A DNA stretch of 64,000 bases from positions 25,808 through 89,807 of the forward strand of contig CAVTHK010000008.1 in assembly GCA_963734495.1 (NCBI GenBank), given 5' to 3'. The notes beneath the pieces were generated by a model. The model searched no databases. It was given only the letters and a program-made list of their open reading frames with translations, and was not told the origin of the DNA. Each line of letters begins with the position of its first letter. The first letter of the stretch is position 1. Positions 8,726-19,672 of this stretch are shown piece after piece. The position numbers and the translations under genes are program-made. The DNA comes from an uncultured Spirochaetota bacterium (GTDB taxonomy: Bacteria; Spirochaetota; Spirochaetia; SZUA-6; CAVTHK01).

Positions 8726-10057
8726 GTGGCAACGCTCAAGGACCAGGGCGCGCCGCACAACCCCGAGGCCGAGGCGGCCTGTCTCGGCGCCCTGCTGCTG
8801 GCGCCCGAGTCGGTCTCCGAGGTCATCCAGTACATCCGGCCGGAAGACTTCTTCAACGGGCGCAACCGGCGCGTGTTCGGGGCGATCCTCGCGCTCTACA
8901 ACCGGGGAGACGCGATCGACCTGCTGACGGTGACCGAGGCGCTGCGCGGTCAGGGCGAGCTCGACCCGGCGGGCGGCCCCGCCTACGTGTCGGAGCTCAC
9001 TTCGGCGGTCCCCACCGCGGCCAACGTCGCGTACTATGCCCGCCTCGTCCAGGACGAGAGCACGCGCAGGCGGCTCCTGGCCATCTCGGCCCAGATCTCG
9101 GCGCAGGCGCACGACGAGACCGTCGAGGCGCGGCAGACCATAGAAGACGCCGAGCGGCAGATCTACCAGCTCAGCGACGACCGGTACGCCGGAAGCTACG
9201 TGCCGGTAAGGGAGATCATTCCGGAGACGATCGCCACGATCGAGAAGCTCTACCACACCAAGGAGAGCTACACCGGCGTTCCATCCGGGTTCGGCGACCT
9301 CGATTCGCTCACGAGCGGGTTCCAGGCTTCGGAGTTCATCGTGATCGGCGCGCGACCGTCGGTGGGGAAGACCGCGCTGGCGCTCTCCATGGCCGCCAAC
9401 ATCGCGATGCGGTACAACAAGCCCGTAGGGTTCTTCACGCTGGAGATGTCGCGCAAGGCGATCGTGCAGCGCCTGGTCGCGAGCGAGGCGCGCCTCGACT
9501 CGCACCGGCTGCGCAGCGGGATGCTCAAGCCTTCGGACTTCCACAACCTCACCGAGGCCGCGGGGAGGCTGTACGAGACTCCGCTGTACATCGAGGACTC
9601 GCCGAACCTGTCGATCCTCGACCTGCGCGCGATGGCGAGGAGGATGCGCTCCCAGAACGCGGTCGAGATCATCTTCGTCGACTACCTGACGCTGATCACC
9701 TCGGAGAACAAGGAGCTGCAGCGGCACGAGCAGATCGCGGAGATCAGCCGCTCGCTCAAGGCGCTCGCCCGCGAGCTCGACGTCCCCGTGATCGCGCTGT
9801 CGCAGGTGCGGCGCGAGACCGAAGGCAAGGAACCGAACCTCGCCGACATCCGGGAAAGCGGCTCCATCGAGCAGGACGCCGACGTCGTCATCTTCCTCCA
9901 CCGCGAGCGGCACGGCCGCGATTCCGAGGAGGAGGAGAACGACGTCGAGACCGACCTGATCGTGGCCAAGCAGCGCAACGGCCCGGTGGGCAAGGTCAAG
10001 CTCGCGTTCGTGCCCAGGTACACGCGGTTCGAGAACTGGACGCGGGACCGGCGCTGA
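8726..10057 (+). CDS. dnaB: Replicative DNA helicase
   Basis: PHNPEAE; IGARPSVGKT Walker A; FTLEMS; VDYL; ALSQ; IRESGSIEQDAD; KQRNGP. Confidence 0.97.
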   Translation: MATLKDQGAPHNPEAEAACLGALLLAPESVSEVIQYIRPEDFFNGRNRRVFGAILALYNRGDAIDLLTVTEALRGQGELDPAGGPAYVSELTSAVPTAANVAYYARLVQDESTRRRLLAISAQISAQAHDETVEARQTIEDAERQIYQLSDDRYAGSYVPVREIIPETIATIEKLYHTKESYTGVPSGFGDLDSLTSGFQASEFIVIGARPSVGKTALALSMAANIAMRYNKPVGFFTLEMSRKAIVQRLVASEARLDSHRLRSGMLKPSDFHNLTEAAGRLYETPLYIEDSPNLSILDLRAMARRMRSQNAVEIIFVDYLTLITSENKELQRHEQIAEISRSLKALARELDVPVIALSQVRRETEGKEPNLADIRESGSIEQDADVVIFLHRERHGRDSEEEENDVETDLIVAKQRNGPVGKVKLAFVPRYTRFENWTRDRR

Positions 10058-10083
10058 CGGTGTCTGAAGCCGCGCTCGCGCAC

Positions 10084-12095
10084 CTACCGTTCGAGGATGT
10101 AGCGGTCGGCGTCGCGGCTGTAGACGCGGTTCTCCTGAGGCAGCACCGCGAGCCAGCTCGAGTCGGCAAACACGTACAGATCGGCGAGGAGCCTGCCGCT
10201 GCGGGTCTCCCAGAGGCTCACGGTGCGGTCGCGGTTGATCGCGGCGAGGAGGCGTCGTCCGGCTGCGAGCGCGCGGGGCACGTGGGTCGAGGCCTCGAGG
10301 GGCCTGACCCTTCCGTCCGCCCACTCCTGGACGCCCTCCATCCCGATGGAGGAGTAGAGCCTCGCGCCGTCGGCATCAAAGGCGATCGAGGCCCCGCCAT
10401 CCTCGCCCGCGTAGCGGATGACCGTCTGCAGGCGCTCGAAACCCGCCCCGTCGTGCAGCCGCACGGTCGTGCTGCTTTCGCCGCCCGACTCCTCCACGGC
10501 GAGCGAGAAGAACCGGGCGCGGGCCGGGTCTGCCGCGAGGGCGTAGCTGAGGAATGCCGTGTCCGGAAGCGGGACGGTCTCGCCGGTCCGCGTGTTGATG
10601 CGGATCAGCGGATGCTCCAGCCGCGACAGACGGGTCCTCGCCCCGACGAGCACGCCGTCGGGCATCCAGATGACGGCGCGGGTGCTCTGGGCCGTCAGGC
10701 GATACAGCCGAGCGAAGCTCGAGCGGTCGATGAGCTGGATGGTGCCGTCGGCCTCGAGCGTCAACAGCGCGTCGGGGCCGCCGCTCGCGACGCCGAGGAG
10801 CGGCGAGCCGAACAGGTCGTCCGGCACGGCGGCCACTTCGTCGAGGGCGAGGTCCTCCCCCGGAGGCGCGAGCGTATAGAGCCGGAGAGCCCGGCCGCTG
10901 CGGTCCCAGACCGCCAGCGTGCGATCGTCGAGAAAGCTCACCGCGGGCTCATCCATGCCGGGCAGCGGAATTCGCTGCGCGCGGTAGCCCTTCACCGTAG
11001 ACCGTCCTCCAAACAGGCGAGGGGTCGTGTCGATCTCGAACAGCCACACGCCCTCGGCATCCGCCAGCGCGGTCCGGTCGCCGCCCGCCGCGACCGCGTT
11101 GAGCCGCGCCAGGTTGTCGCGCGAGATTTCGGCCGGGGCGCCGTAGAAAGGGACCTTGACGATCGTGCCGCGCTCGTCGCCGACGTAGACGGCATCGAGC
11201 GCGGCCGCCAGGGCCGTGAGGCCGCCCGTCATGCGGGCGAGGTCGGGCGCGCCCGCCAGCTCCAGCGGGGCCGTGGACCCGCCCCAGTAGGACCACTGGC
11301 TCAGGCTGCTCCTTCCGCTCGAAGAGCCGGACACCACCAGGATGCGGGAGCCGTCCGGGCTGGCGTCGAGGGCGAGGACGTCCGCGATCGGCCGGTCGGC
11401 GAGCATCTCGCCCGTGGCGACGTCGATCACCGCGAGGCCGGTGCGCGAGCGCGCGAGCATCGTCGCCAGGTCCTCCGTGATCCGGCGCGGGGCGAGATCG
11501 GCGACGGTGGCGACTTCCTTGATCTTGTCGCCCGAGCGCAGCTCCCAGTAGCTGATCTTTCCCGAGGGCTGGTAGGCCATGAGGTTGCGCTCGGTGCGCG
11601 AGAAGGCGACGAACGAGACGATGCCGAATCCCTGGCTCAGGTACGGCAGGGCGCGCCCCGAGCGCGCGTCGAGGATGCTGATGCTCCGGTAGTCGGCGCG
11701 GGTGTACACGAGGTATGTCCCGAGCGTGGAAAAGCTCAGGTGAAGGGGCATGTCCGGCAGATCGACGGAATACAGGCGCGAGCCCCGCGACCAGTCCCAG
11801 ACGGTGATGCGCGCGCTGCGCGTCGTCGGAGCGTCCACCGTCGCCAGCAGGGGCGCCGACGGATGGATCGCGAGCCGCTGGACGGGAGAGCGGGAAACGG
11901 CGAGCGCCGCTTCCTGCCGGCCCGTCTTGAGGTCCCACACGCGGACGGTGCCGTCGGAGCCCGCGCTCGCGAGCAGCCCCCGCCCGCTGTCGACCGCAAG
12001 CGCAGTGATCGCCCCCTGGTGCCCGGTGTCGACCGTGAGCGCCGCCGCGGACGCCGCCGCCAGAACCGCGAGCGCGGCCGCGAGCCGCCACCGGC
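10084..12095 (-). CDS. Secreted WD40/beta-propeller repeat protein (start codon uncertain)
   Basis: Signal-like RLAAALAVLAAASAAA followed by GHQGAITALA...LASAGSDGTVRVWD WD40 repeats. Confidence 0.8.
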
Positions 12096-12709
12096 TACAG
12101 CGTGCGGTAGATCCGGTTGACCGATACATAGGGCCGCTGCAGAATCTCGCTGAACGGTTCCTCGCGGGCGATCTCATGCAGCCTCTCCTTGGCCCGCTGG
12201 TACGTCGCCTCGGGGACGCGCGACAGCGCGACCTCGCGGTCGCGGAGCCCCTCGATCTGGAAGCGCAGGCGCCCGTCGGCCTCGCGGCCCACGAACAGGA
12301 CGCGCACGTCGCGCTGCTCCTCGCTCTCGAGCGCCCGGCTGAGGAGATAGTACTTGACGACCTCAACGGCGGAATCGTCGAGCCCCTCGCGCCAGATGCG
12401 GAGCTTCTCGACGAGCTCGGGGTAGCCGATCGCGACCCGGGCCGGGTCGCCGATCTCGTACTCCAGCGCGCCTCTCTGGAACGCGCTGCGGTCCAGCTCG
12501 GGAATGAGGAACACCTCGAAGCCGGCCGAAGGCGAATGCACCCGCACGGGCAGCTCGGGTTTCAGGAGCGTCCCGCAGTGGGGGCACTCGAGGCTCATAA
12601 AGGTGCCCTCCAGGATCTCGTCCGCGGCACGCGGATTGCCGTCCAGGTCGACGGCGTCGGCAAAGTCCGTCTGGACGCGCTCTCCGCAGTAGCACTCGAT
12701 CTCTTTCAC
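12095..12709 (-). CDS. CpXC-domain (zinc-ribbon) protein
   Basis: IECYCG...LECPHCG; follows rseP as in Treponema gene order. Confidence 0.75.
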   Translation of the reverse strand: MKEIECYCGERVQTDFADAVDLDGNPRAADEILEGTFMSLECPHCGTLLKPELPVRVHSPSAGFEVFLIPELDRSAFQRGALEYEIGDPARVAIGYPELVEKLRIWREGLDDSAVEVVKYYLLSRALESEEQRDVRVLFVGREADGRLRFQIEGLRDREVALSRVPEATYQRAKERLHEIAREEPFSEILQRPYVSVNRIYRTL

Positions 12710-12714
12710 GGCAG

Positions 12715-14115
12715 CTACCCCACGTAGAACAGTATATCGCTCGCCACCGCGAGGAAGATGAGCCCGAAGACCACGATCGTCCCGATGATCTGAAAACGCC
12801 ACAGCAACCGCGGCCCGAGCTGCCTCCGCGAGATCGCCTCGGCCCCCGAGATCACGATGAGCCCGCCGTCGAGCGCCGGCAGCGGCAGCAGGTTCATGAT
12901 GGCAATGGCGATCGAGAGCAGCGAGACGAACTGGAAGAACGCCACGACGCCTTCTCCGACCCCGAGGCGGAAGCCGAACACCGCGGCCTCCCCGACCATG
13001 CGCGTGATGCGGATGGGGCCGGCAACCACCTCGTCGAGCTTGCGGTTGTGCATGTGCAGCAGCTGCCGCAGGCCCGAAACCGACATGCTCACGATCTCGC
13101 CGGTGCGCTGCACGCCCGTGACGAGAGCCTCGCCGAAGCCGAGCCGCGGAGAGCGGTAGACCTTTTGCGCGAAGGTGAGCCCGATGTCGATGCGGCCGCC
13201 GGCGGCGCCCCCTGCATCGAGCCTGGTCGTCCTCTGCTCTCCGCCGCGGTGATACGAGATCGTCGCAGGCTCCGCGCCCGCGCGGAAATGGTCCTCGAGG
13301 ACGGCGTAGAACGCAACGTCGTACGGCACCGGCTTGTCGTCGACGGCGGTGATGAGGTCGCCGGCCTGCAGGCCCGACCGTTCAGCGGTCGAGCCGGGGT
13401 CCACGCGCGCGACCCGCGGCTCGACCCACGCGTAGACTCCGATCCTGCCGAGGCGGGTCTCCGCGTCCCGATCGGGCACGATACGGAGCGCGATCCTGCT
13501 GCCCGCGCGGTCCACGCTGAGGGCCAGCGCGCGGCCCGGGCTGCGGCGCACCGTCTCGGAGATCTCCCAGAAGCTCTGGACGGGCCGGCCGTCGATCGCG
13601 AGGATGCGGTCGCCCGTCTCGAGGCCCGCCTTGTCGGCAGGGTAGCTTGCCGGGGCCGTGCCCTGGCTCGCCGCCGCCTGGTCGTACTGCGACGCGAGGA
13701 CGATCCTGCCGTCCGTGGAGTGGATGCGGAACCCGAGCCACCAGATCAGGGTGAGCACCAGGACCGCGAAGACGAAGTTGGACGCCGGCCCCGCGACGGC
13801 GACGACGATGCGGCGCCAGGGGGCCGCGGCGAGGAAGGAGCCGGGCTCCGCGCGCACCGCCGCGACCTTCTCCGCGCTCATGTCGCCGCGGAGCATCTCG
13901 CCCTTCATCTTGCAGTAGCCGCCGATGGGGAACCAGGCGATCTGGTAGAGAGTGCTCCCGCGGGTGAACCCCCAGAGGCGCCGGCCCCAGCCGAGGGAAA
14001 AGACTTCGACCTCGATCCCACTCGCTTTGGCTGCGAGGAAATGGCCCAGCTCGTGGACGAACACGATCATCCCCAGTCCGAGGATGCCGAAAAACAACGT
14101 CGAAACGACGGTCAC
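12715..14115 (-). CDS. rseP: RIP (M50) zinc metalloprotease with PDZ domains
   Basis: HELGH, FSLGWG, PIGGYCKM, AGPASN, NLLPLPALDGG. Confidence 0.95.
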   Translation of the reverse strand: MTVVSTLFFGILGLGMIVFVHELGHFLAAKASGIEVEVFSLGWGRRLWGFTRGSTLYQIAWFPIGGYCKMKGEMLRGDMSAEKVAAVRAEPGSFLAAAPWRRIVVAVAGPASNFVFAVLVLTLIWWLGFRIHSTDGRIVLASQYDQAAASQGTAPASYPADKAGLETGDRILAIDGRPVQSFWEISETVRRSPGRALALSVDRAGSRIALRIVPDRDAETRLGRIGVYAWVEPRVARVDPGSTAERSGLQAGDLITAVDDKPVPYDVAFYAVLEDHFRAGAEPATISYHRGGEQRTTRLDAGGAAGGRIDIGLTFAQKVYRSPRLGFGEALVTGVQRTGEIVSMSVSGLRQLLHMHNRKLDEVVAGPIRITRMVGEAAVFGFRLGVGEGVVAFFQFVSLLSIAIAIMNLLPLPALDGGLIVISGAEAISRRQLGPRLLWRFQIIGTIVVFGLIFLAVASDILFYVG

Positions 14116-14148
14116 TTGAACGCTCTCCCGGGTCGATCCCCGGCCGGT

Positions 14149-14988
14149 CTACCGGCCGAGCAGCCCGACCAATAGGTAGTATAACGGCGCGGCGAGCAGC
14201 AGAGAGTCGGCCGAGTCCAGGAGGCCGCCCCTGCCCATCATCAGCGTCCCCGAATCCTTGACGCCGGCCGAGCGCTTGAGCACGCTCTCTATGAGGTCGC
14301 CGAGGATGGTGGCGCAGCCGATGACCGTTCCCAGCAACAGGGCCCCCGCCGTTCCCCCGGGCACGAGCCGCGGCCAGAGAAGAAGCGCGGCCAGCGAGAC
14401 CACAAGCGACATTACGAAGCCGGCGACGAAGCCTGCGATCGACTTGGTGGGACTGATCAGCAGCCCGATGGGCCGGCCCACGAGCATCCCCACCGCCCAC
14501 GCCGCAGTGTCGTTGCCGAACACCAGGGCGAAGAGGAACAGCAGGTGAAACGTGGCGTCCTGGAGCGTGGAAACCCGCGCGATGAACAGCACGAAGAGGC
14601 CGGGATAGACGAGCACGACCAGTGAGGCCGCGACGCGGGTGAGAACGGCCTCCATGTCCTGCTTGTTGTCGACCCAGATCCCCCGCAGCAGGAGAAGTCC
14701 GACCGCGCCGCAGACCCAGAGCAGCAGGTGAGACTCGCCGATGACGCCGACGGCCTGCAGATACGAAGCGGCGGGAAAGCTCGCGCCCAGCAACGGCGCG
14801 AGCCAGCGGTACGTGCTCAGGGACCGCTTCTCGAAGAGGTTCCTCACCTCGAGCGCGCCCATGAACGTGGCGGCGACGCACGTGACGTTGATCAGCAGGA
14901 ATTTGGCCCCCGTCAGGCGGTAGGCCATGAGGAACAGCAACGGAAGCACCAGCGCCGCCAGCATGATCCTCGCCAGCAGCTTGTTCAT
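14149..14988 (-). CDS. cdsA: Phosphatidate cytidylyltransferase
   Basis: ISPTKS..GF..G; GDLIESVLKRSAGVKDSG..GRGGLLD. Confidence 0.93.
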   Translation of the reverse strand: MNKLLARIMLAALVLPLLFLMAYRLTGAKFLLINVTCVAATFMGALEVRNLFEKRSLSTYRWLAPLLGASFPAASYLQAVGVIGESHLLLWVCGAVGLLLLRGIWVDNKQDMEAVLTRVAASLVVLVYPGLFVLFIARVSTLQDATFHLLFLFALVFGNDTAAWAVGMLVGRPIGLLISPTKSIAGFVAGFVMSLVVSLAALLLWPRLVPGGTAGALLLGTVIGCATILGDLIESVLKRSAGVKDSGTLMMGRGGLLDSADSLLLAAPLYYLLVGLLGR

Positions 14989-15716
14989 CTCTTGCCGCCG
15001 AACGTGCGTTTGCGCTGCTGGTAGTCGCAGAGCGCCAGGGCGAGCTGCTCGCCGTCCCAGTCGGGCCATCTCAGGGGGCTGAAGAACAGCTCGGCGTAGG
15101 CGCTTTCCCACAGGAGGAAGTTCGAGAGCCTCTGCTCGCCGCCGGTGCGGATGACAAGGTCGAGGGGCGGCAGGTCGGGCTGGTCGAGGTGGCGCTCGAG
15201 GTCCGTGAACGAAAGCGCGGCCTGGCCCGCGCCGTTGTTCCGACCGTGGTCCTTCCCCGCGGCCAGCCAGCGATTGACGGCCCTCACGATCTCGTCGCGG
15301 CCTCCGTAGTTGATGGCCAGGTTGACCGTGATCCCCGGGTACGCCGCCGTCGCCGCCTCCACCCGCTCGACCTCACGCGTCACATCGGGCGGCAGGCGCG
15401 CGCAGTCTCCCGAGTGCACGACGCGCACCTTGTTCGCCCGGTAGAAGTCCAGCTCCTTGCGGAGGTGCGTCCGGAGCAGGAGCATGAGAAAATCGACCTC
15501 GTCCCGCGCACGGGCCCAGTTCTCGGTGGAAAAGGTGTAGAGGGAAAGGTATCTCAGGCCCAGGTCGGACGCGGCCTTGACGACGCGCTTGGCCGCGCTC
15601 AGACCCTCCTTGTGCCCGTACGTGCGGGGCTTGCCGCGGCTGGCCGCCCAGCGGCCGTTTCCGTCCATGATGATGCCGACATGGACCGGAAGCGATCGTG
15701 GATCTAGATCCGCCAT
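14985..15716 (-). CDS. uppS: Undecaprenyl diphosphate synthase
   Basis: HVGIIMDGNGRWA; FSTENW; NYGGRDEI; DLVIRTGGEQRLSNFLLW. Confidence 0.97.
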   Translation of the reverse strand: MADLDPRSLPVHVGIIMDGNGRWAASRGKPRTYGHKEGLSAAKRVVKAASDLGLRYLSLYTFSTENWARARDEVDFLMLLLRTHLRKELDFYRANKVRVVHSGDCARLPPDVTREVERVEAATAAYPGITVNLAINYGGRDEIVRAVNRWLAAGKDHGRNNGAGQAALSFTDLERHLDQPDLPPLDLVIRTGGEQRLSNFLLWESAYAELFFSPLRWPDWDGEQLALALCDYQQRKRTFGGKR

Positions 15717-16276
15717 CAGACCTCGAGGATTTCCTTCTCTTTAGCCTCCAGGAGCTTCGCCACCTCGGCGATGTACTTGTCCGTGAGCTTCTGCGTCTCG
15801 TCCTGGGCCCTCTTCGACTCGTCCTCGCTGATCTCGGAGTCCTTCTGCAGCTTCTTCAATTCCTCGTTCGCGTCGCGGCGGATATTGCGGATCGCGACCC
15901 GGCTCGCCTCCGCCTTGTTGCGCGCCAGCTTGACGTACTCCTGCCGCCTCTGCTCGGTCAGCGGCGGGATGTTGATCCGGATGACCTTGCCGTCGTTGCT
16001 CGGGTTCACGGACAGCTCGGACTTCTGGATCGCCTTTTCGATCTCCGTCAGCACCGAGCGGTCCCACGGCTGGATGACGACGAGCCGGGGCTCGGGCACG
16101 CTGATCGTCGCCACCTGGTTCAGCGGCGTGGCCTGCCCGTAGTACTCGACCTTGATCTTTTCGAACAGGGCGGCCGAGGCCCTCCCTGTGCGGATGCCGT
16201 TGAAATCGTCGGAGAGAGCCTGGATGGCCTTTTTCATCCTTTCTTCGGATTGCCGCTTGACCTTATCCACACTCAC
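15716..16276 (-). CDS. frr: Ribosome recycling factor
   Basis: IRTGRAS; VEYYG..TPLNQVA; IPPLTEQRR; RVAIRNIRRD. Confidence 0.97.
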   Translation of the reverse strand: MSVDKVKRQSEERMKKAIQALSDDFNGIRTGRASAALFEKIKVEYYGQATPLNQVATISVPEPRLVVIQPWDRSVLTEIEKAIQKSELSVNPSNDGKVIRINIPPLTEQRRQEYVKLARNKAEASRVAIRNIRRDANEELKKLQKDSEISEDESKRAQDETQKLTDKYIAEVAKLLEAKEKEILEV

Positions 16277-16302
16277 TCTTGAGCCTCCTGGACGCCCGGG
16301 CC

Positions 16303-17139
16303 CTACTGGCCTACCTTGAAGTAGAGGTAATCCACGAGATCGACCTTGCCCCCGGCCTGCTTGCCGAGGTCCTCGAGGACTTTCGAGACCTTGATCTTCT
16401 CGTCCTTCACGAACCCCTGCTCGAGCAGGCAGATCTCGGAGAGGTGCTTGTTGACCTTGCCCTTGACGATGCCCGCCAGCACGTTCTCCGGCTTGTCCAT
16501 GCCCTCGACCTGCTTGCGGAAGATCGCTTCCTGCTCCGCGATGTAGGCCGGGGCGATCTGGTCGCGCGAGAGGTACGCCGGAGCGAACGCCGCGACGTGC
16601 AGCGCCAGGTCGAAGGTGACCTCCTTGACCCGCGGGTGCGACGCCAGCGCGGGGCTGCCGAGGCGGAACTTGAGGATCACGCCGATCCGGCCTTCGCCGT
16701 GGATATAGTCCACGAGCATCTCGGCGGGCGAGGCGTCGACCGCCTTGTAGCGGCGCAGCCCCATGTTCTCCTTGATGATGCTCGCGGTGTCCTTGACGAG
16801 GGATTCCAGCGCGGCAGCGTCGACCGCCGCGCCATCCGCGATCACCTTGTCCAGGATCTTCGTTCCGAGGGCGATAAAGTCGTCAGTGCGCGCCACGAAG
16901 TCGGTCTCGCACGAGAGCTCGACGAGGCCCGCCCGCCTGCCGGCGATCCGGGAAAAGACCCGGCCCTCGTTCGTGGTGCGGCCCATGCGCTTGGCCGTGG
17001 CCGCGAGCCCCGACTCCTTGAGCAGCCTTTCCGCCTTGGCCATGTCGCCGCCGGCATCCACCAGCGCCTTCTTGCAGTCCATCATGCCGGCACCCGTCTT
17101 GTCGCGCAGCTCCTTGACGGCGGCAGGTGTCACGGTCAT
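16303..17139 (-). CDS. tsf: Elongation factor Ts
   Basis: VKELRDKTGAGMMDCKKAL; CETDFVA. Confidence 0.97.
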   Translation of the reverse strand: MTVTPAAVKELRDKTGAGMMDCKKALVDAGGDMAKAERLLKESGLAATAKRMGRTTNEGRVFSRIAGRRAGLVELSCETDFVARTDDFIALGTKILDKVIADGAAVDAAALESLVKDTASIIKENMGLRRYKAVDASPAEMLVDYIHGEGRIGVILKFRLGSPALASHPRVKEVTFDLALHVAAFAPAYLSRDQIAPAYIAEQEAIFRKQVEGMDKPENVLAGIVKGKVNKHLSEICLLEQGFVKDEKIKVSKVLEDLGKQAGGKVDLVDYLYFKVGQ

Positions 17140-17148
17140 TCGTCTCTC

Positions 17149-18123
17149 CTATTCGTCGTAGAGTTTGTCTTCGTCTTCGATGTTCTTTTCCAGCAGGACC
17201 TCGCTCGAGGCTGCCGGCGCCTGCTCCTTGCGCTTTTCCTGCTCTTCGGGGGTGTAGTTGGAGTAGTCTTCGGCCGTGAAGCCGGGGGCCTCGGCCGGCG
17301 CGCCCTCGCCCACGACGGCGGCGACCGGGACCGTCTCGACCTCGCCTGTCCTGGGGGCCGCGGGAACCGCGGCGACCGGCGCCGCACCGGCGAGCGCGAC
17401 TTCCTCGTCCTCCTGGAGCGTCTCTATGACTTCGAGGCCGACCTCGTTCTCGGCGTCGATGACCGCGTTGGCGATGATCTGGGTGAACAGCGTGATCGCG
17501 CGGATGGCGTCGTCGTTCCCGGGGATGGGGAAGGTGATGCCCTCGGGGTTGCAGTTGGTATCGACGACGGCGACGATGGGCAGGCCCATGCGCTGCGCCT
17601 CGGCCACCGCGATCGCCTCCTTGCGGGTGTCGATCACGAAGACGACGCCGGGCAGCTCCTTCATCTCCTTGATCCCGCCCAGGTTCTTCTCGAGGCGCGC
17701 CTTTTCCTTGTTGAGCTGCGAGACCTCTTTCTTGGTGAGGTTCTCGAAGGATCCGTCGACCTCCATCTTCTCGAGCTTCTTGAGCCGGAGCAGCGACTTC
17801 TTGATGGTGGCGAAGTTGGTGAGCATCCCGCCCAGCCAGCGGTTGTTCACGTAGAACATGTTGCAGCGCTGGGCCTCTTCCTGGATGGCCTGCTGCGCCT
17901 GCTTCTTCGTGCCGACGAACAGCACGCCCTTGCTGGCGAGCACCGCCTGACGGACGGCCTCGTAGGCTTCCTTGATGGCAGCGATCGTTTTCTGCAGGTC
18001 GATGATATGGATCCCGTTGCGCTCGGCGAAGATGTACTTCTTCATCCGGGGATCCCAGCGCTTGGTCTGGTGACCGAAGTGCACGCCCGATTCGAGCAGG
18101 CTCTTCATCGTGACAACGGCCAA
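17149..18123 (-). CDS. rpsB: 30S ribosomal protein S2 with acidic C-terminal tail
   Basis: [42 protein letters not shown] start at 18123. Confidence 0.97.
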   Translation of the reverse strand: MAVVTMKSLLESGVHFGHQTKRWDPRMKKYIFAERNGIHIIDLQKTIAAIKEAYEAVRQAVLASKGVLFVGTKKQAQQAIQEEAQRCNMFYVNNRWLGGMLTNFATIKKSLLRLKKLEKMEVDGSFENLTKKEVSQLNKEKARLEKNLGGIKEMKELPGVVFVIDTRKEAIAVAEAQRMGLPIVAVVDTNCNPEGITFPIPGNDDAIRAITLFTQIIANAVIDAENEVGLEVIETLQEDEEVALAGAAPVAAVPAAPRTGEVETVPVAAVVGEGAPAEAPGFTAEDYSNYTPEEQEKRKEQAPAASSEVLLEKNIEDEDKLYDE

Positions 18124-18124
18124 A

Positions 18125-18250
18125 GCACTCCCTCCTCGCGGCGCGGTTTCCCGCGCCACGCGCGCCCCGTCGAGGGCGCCCCCTTCTCGTGTTTCTCGCA
18201 CCCCTTCGGCCTCGGCGCGCGGCCGGGGCGATGGGGCCGGAAGATATGGC
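18125..18250 (-). promoter_or_regulatory. Possible structured rpsB leader (S2 autoregulatory site)
   Basis: GC-rich hairpins and a GGGGUGC element in the 5' UTR of rpsB; recognition by eye only. Confidence 0.3.
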
Positions 18251-18260
18251 GCTCCCGGTC

Positions 18261-18839
18261 CTAGAACCGGTAACCGCCGGCCCTCAACATGCCATAAAAC
18301 GTCTCGAGCGGCAAGCCCACGACATTGCTGTAGGACCCTTCGATGGAAGCCACGAGAAAGGCGCCTCGCTCCTGCACGCGGTAGGCCCCCGCGGCGCCCC
18401 GCCACTCGCCTGCCCGGAGGTACCAGTCGATCTCGTCTTCCGTGAGGTCGCGGAAGCGGACTCGCGTCGTCGCCAGCGCGGACGTCCGTCGCGTCCGCGA
18501 GCGGCCGAATAGAGGGCAAGACCCGTGTGCACGAAGTGGTCCCGTCCCGCGAGGAGCCGCAGAAAGCCGCGCGCCTCTTCCGGTCCGAAGGCTTGCCCAG
18601 GAGCTCTGCCCGCCACCTCCACGAGGGTGTCGCAGCCGAGCACCCACTGCAGGCGTCCGCGGGCGGCGCGAACGGCGCCCGCCTTGCGCTCGGCGAGCGC
18701 GAGCACCAGCGAGGGCCGGCGCCGCGCCGGGCTCGGCGCGCTCGTCGACGCGCGGGTCGCGGGAGCGGAAGGGCACGCCCGCGCGCCGCAGGAGCTCCTT
18801 TCGCCGGGGCGACGTCGATGCCAGGAGAAGCGGTTCCAT
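18261..18839 (-). CDS. maf: Maf-family nucleoside triphosphate pyrophosphatase, internal compensating frameshifts
   Basis: [14 protein letters not shown], then frame switch to RKA...VLGCDTLV...GRDHFVHTG, then back to AGAYRVQ...[13 protein letters not shown]. Confidence 0.85.
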   Translation of the reverse strand: MEPLLLASTSPRRKELLRRAGVPFRSRDPRVDERAEPGAAPALAGARARRAQGGRRSRRPRTPAVGARLRHPRGGGGQSSWASLRTGRGARLSAAPRGTGPLRAHGSCPLFGRSRTRRTSALATTRVRFRDLTEDEIDWYLRAGEWRGAAGAYRVQERGAFLVASIEGSYSNVVGLPLETFYGMLRAGGYRF

Positions 18840-19066
18840 CAGAGCCGCCGCGCCAGCAGCGCGGCCGCGCCGCCTCCGATGATGCTGCCCGGGTTCACCC
18901 TGACCGTGAGCGCGACGACGTAGAGGTCGAACACCTGCAGCGGCCCGCTGGCCAGCGACACCGGCAGACGGAGGAGGCGTTCGACGACTTCCCAGGCCAG
19001 ACTGCCTGCGACGGCGCCGAGGACGACGATCAGCACGAAGAGAGCAGGGGACGACTTGCTTGCCAT
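18839..19066 (-). CDS. Small membrane protein, DUF4321-like
   Basis: [23 protein letters not shown]...[19 protein letters not shown]; coupled to maf; own TTGACC-N18-TACACT promoter at 19114-19085. Confidence 0.65.
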   Translation of the reverse strand: MASKSSPALFVLIVVLGAVAGSLAWEVVERLLRLPVSLASGPLQVFDLYVVALTVRVNPGSIIGGGAAALLARRL

Positions 19067-19119
19067 GGCGTGTCCGCGCCGCGGAGTGTAGGAGGCGGCC
19101 CGGCCGTGGGTCAAGGGCG

Positions 19120-19471
19120 GCGCGGCCGCTGCGCGCGGCGGCGACGCGCCGCGGCTGCCCGCGCGCTCGAGGCGCTGCCGGATCTCGAGCTTTTCGTTGT
19201 CGGGGTTCGGCTGGCAGGGCACGTCGTCGGGAAAGTCCTTCCACGCGCGCAGCGCGAGGCGCCCCCCTCTCGCGACCGTCTCGTTGATGCGGCCGAGGTC
19301 GTGCGTGCGCGCGTAGAAGCTCACCTGGCTCACCGGCACTCCCTGCCAGTCGTAACGGTAGAAGCTGACGGTGTAGCAGCCGTTCTCAGCGATGGCGTCC
19401 GTGGATTGCCAGCCGAGGGTCGCCATATGGATGCGGATGTCGTAGGCGTCGATGAGAACGCGCTTGCTCAT
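19120..19471 (-). CDS. Hypothetical protein (3' end uncertain; reads in frame into the DUF4321-like gene)
   Basis: MSKRVLIDAYDIRIH...; protein-like for ~105 aa, then low-complexity. Confidence 0.5.
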
Positions 19472-19624
19472 CGCTGTGGACTATACTATACATATGTATG
19501 CTAATCAACCCGGGCGCTTCAACCGCAGGGCCCGCACCAGCTTCTGTCGGCCAATCCGGCTGTGGCGGCGAGATTCGGCCGGTCGACCTTCTTCATTTTG
19601 TGATCTGGGGGCTGGACGCTTGGG

Positions 19625-19672
19625 TTGACAGCGCACGCCCCGGCATGATAAGGTCCAAATGGTAATGCCACT
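19625..19672 (+). promoter_or_regulatory. Promoter with FadR-type operator
   Basis: TTGACA at 19625-19630; AAATGGTAATGCCACT resembles the TGGT-N3-ACCA FadR/PdhR palindrome, directly upstream of the GntR gene. Confidence 0.55.
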
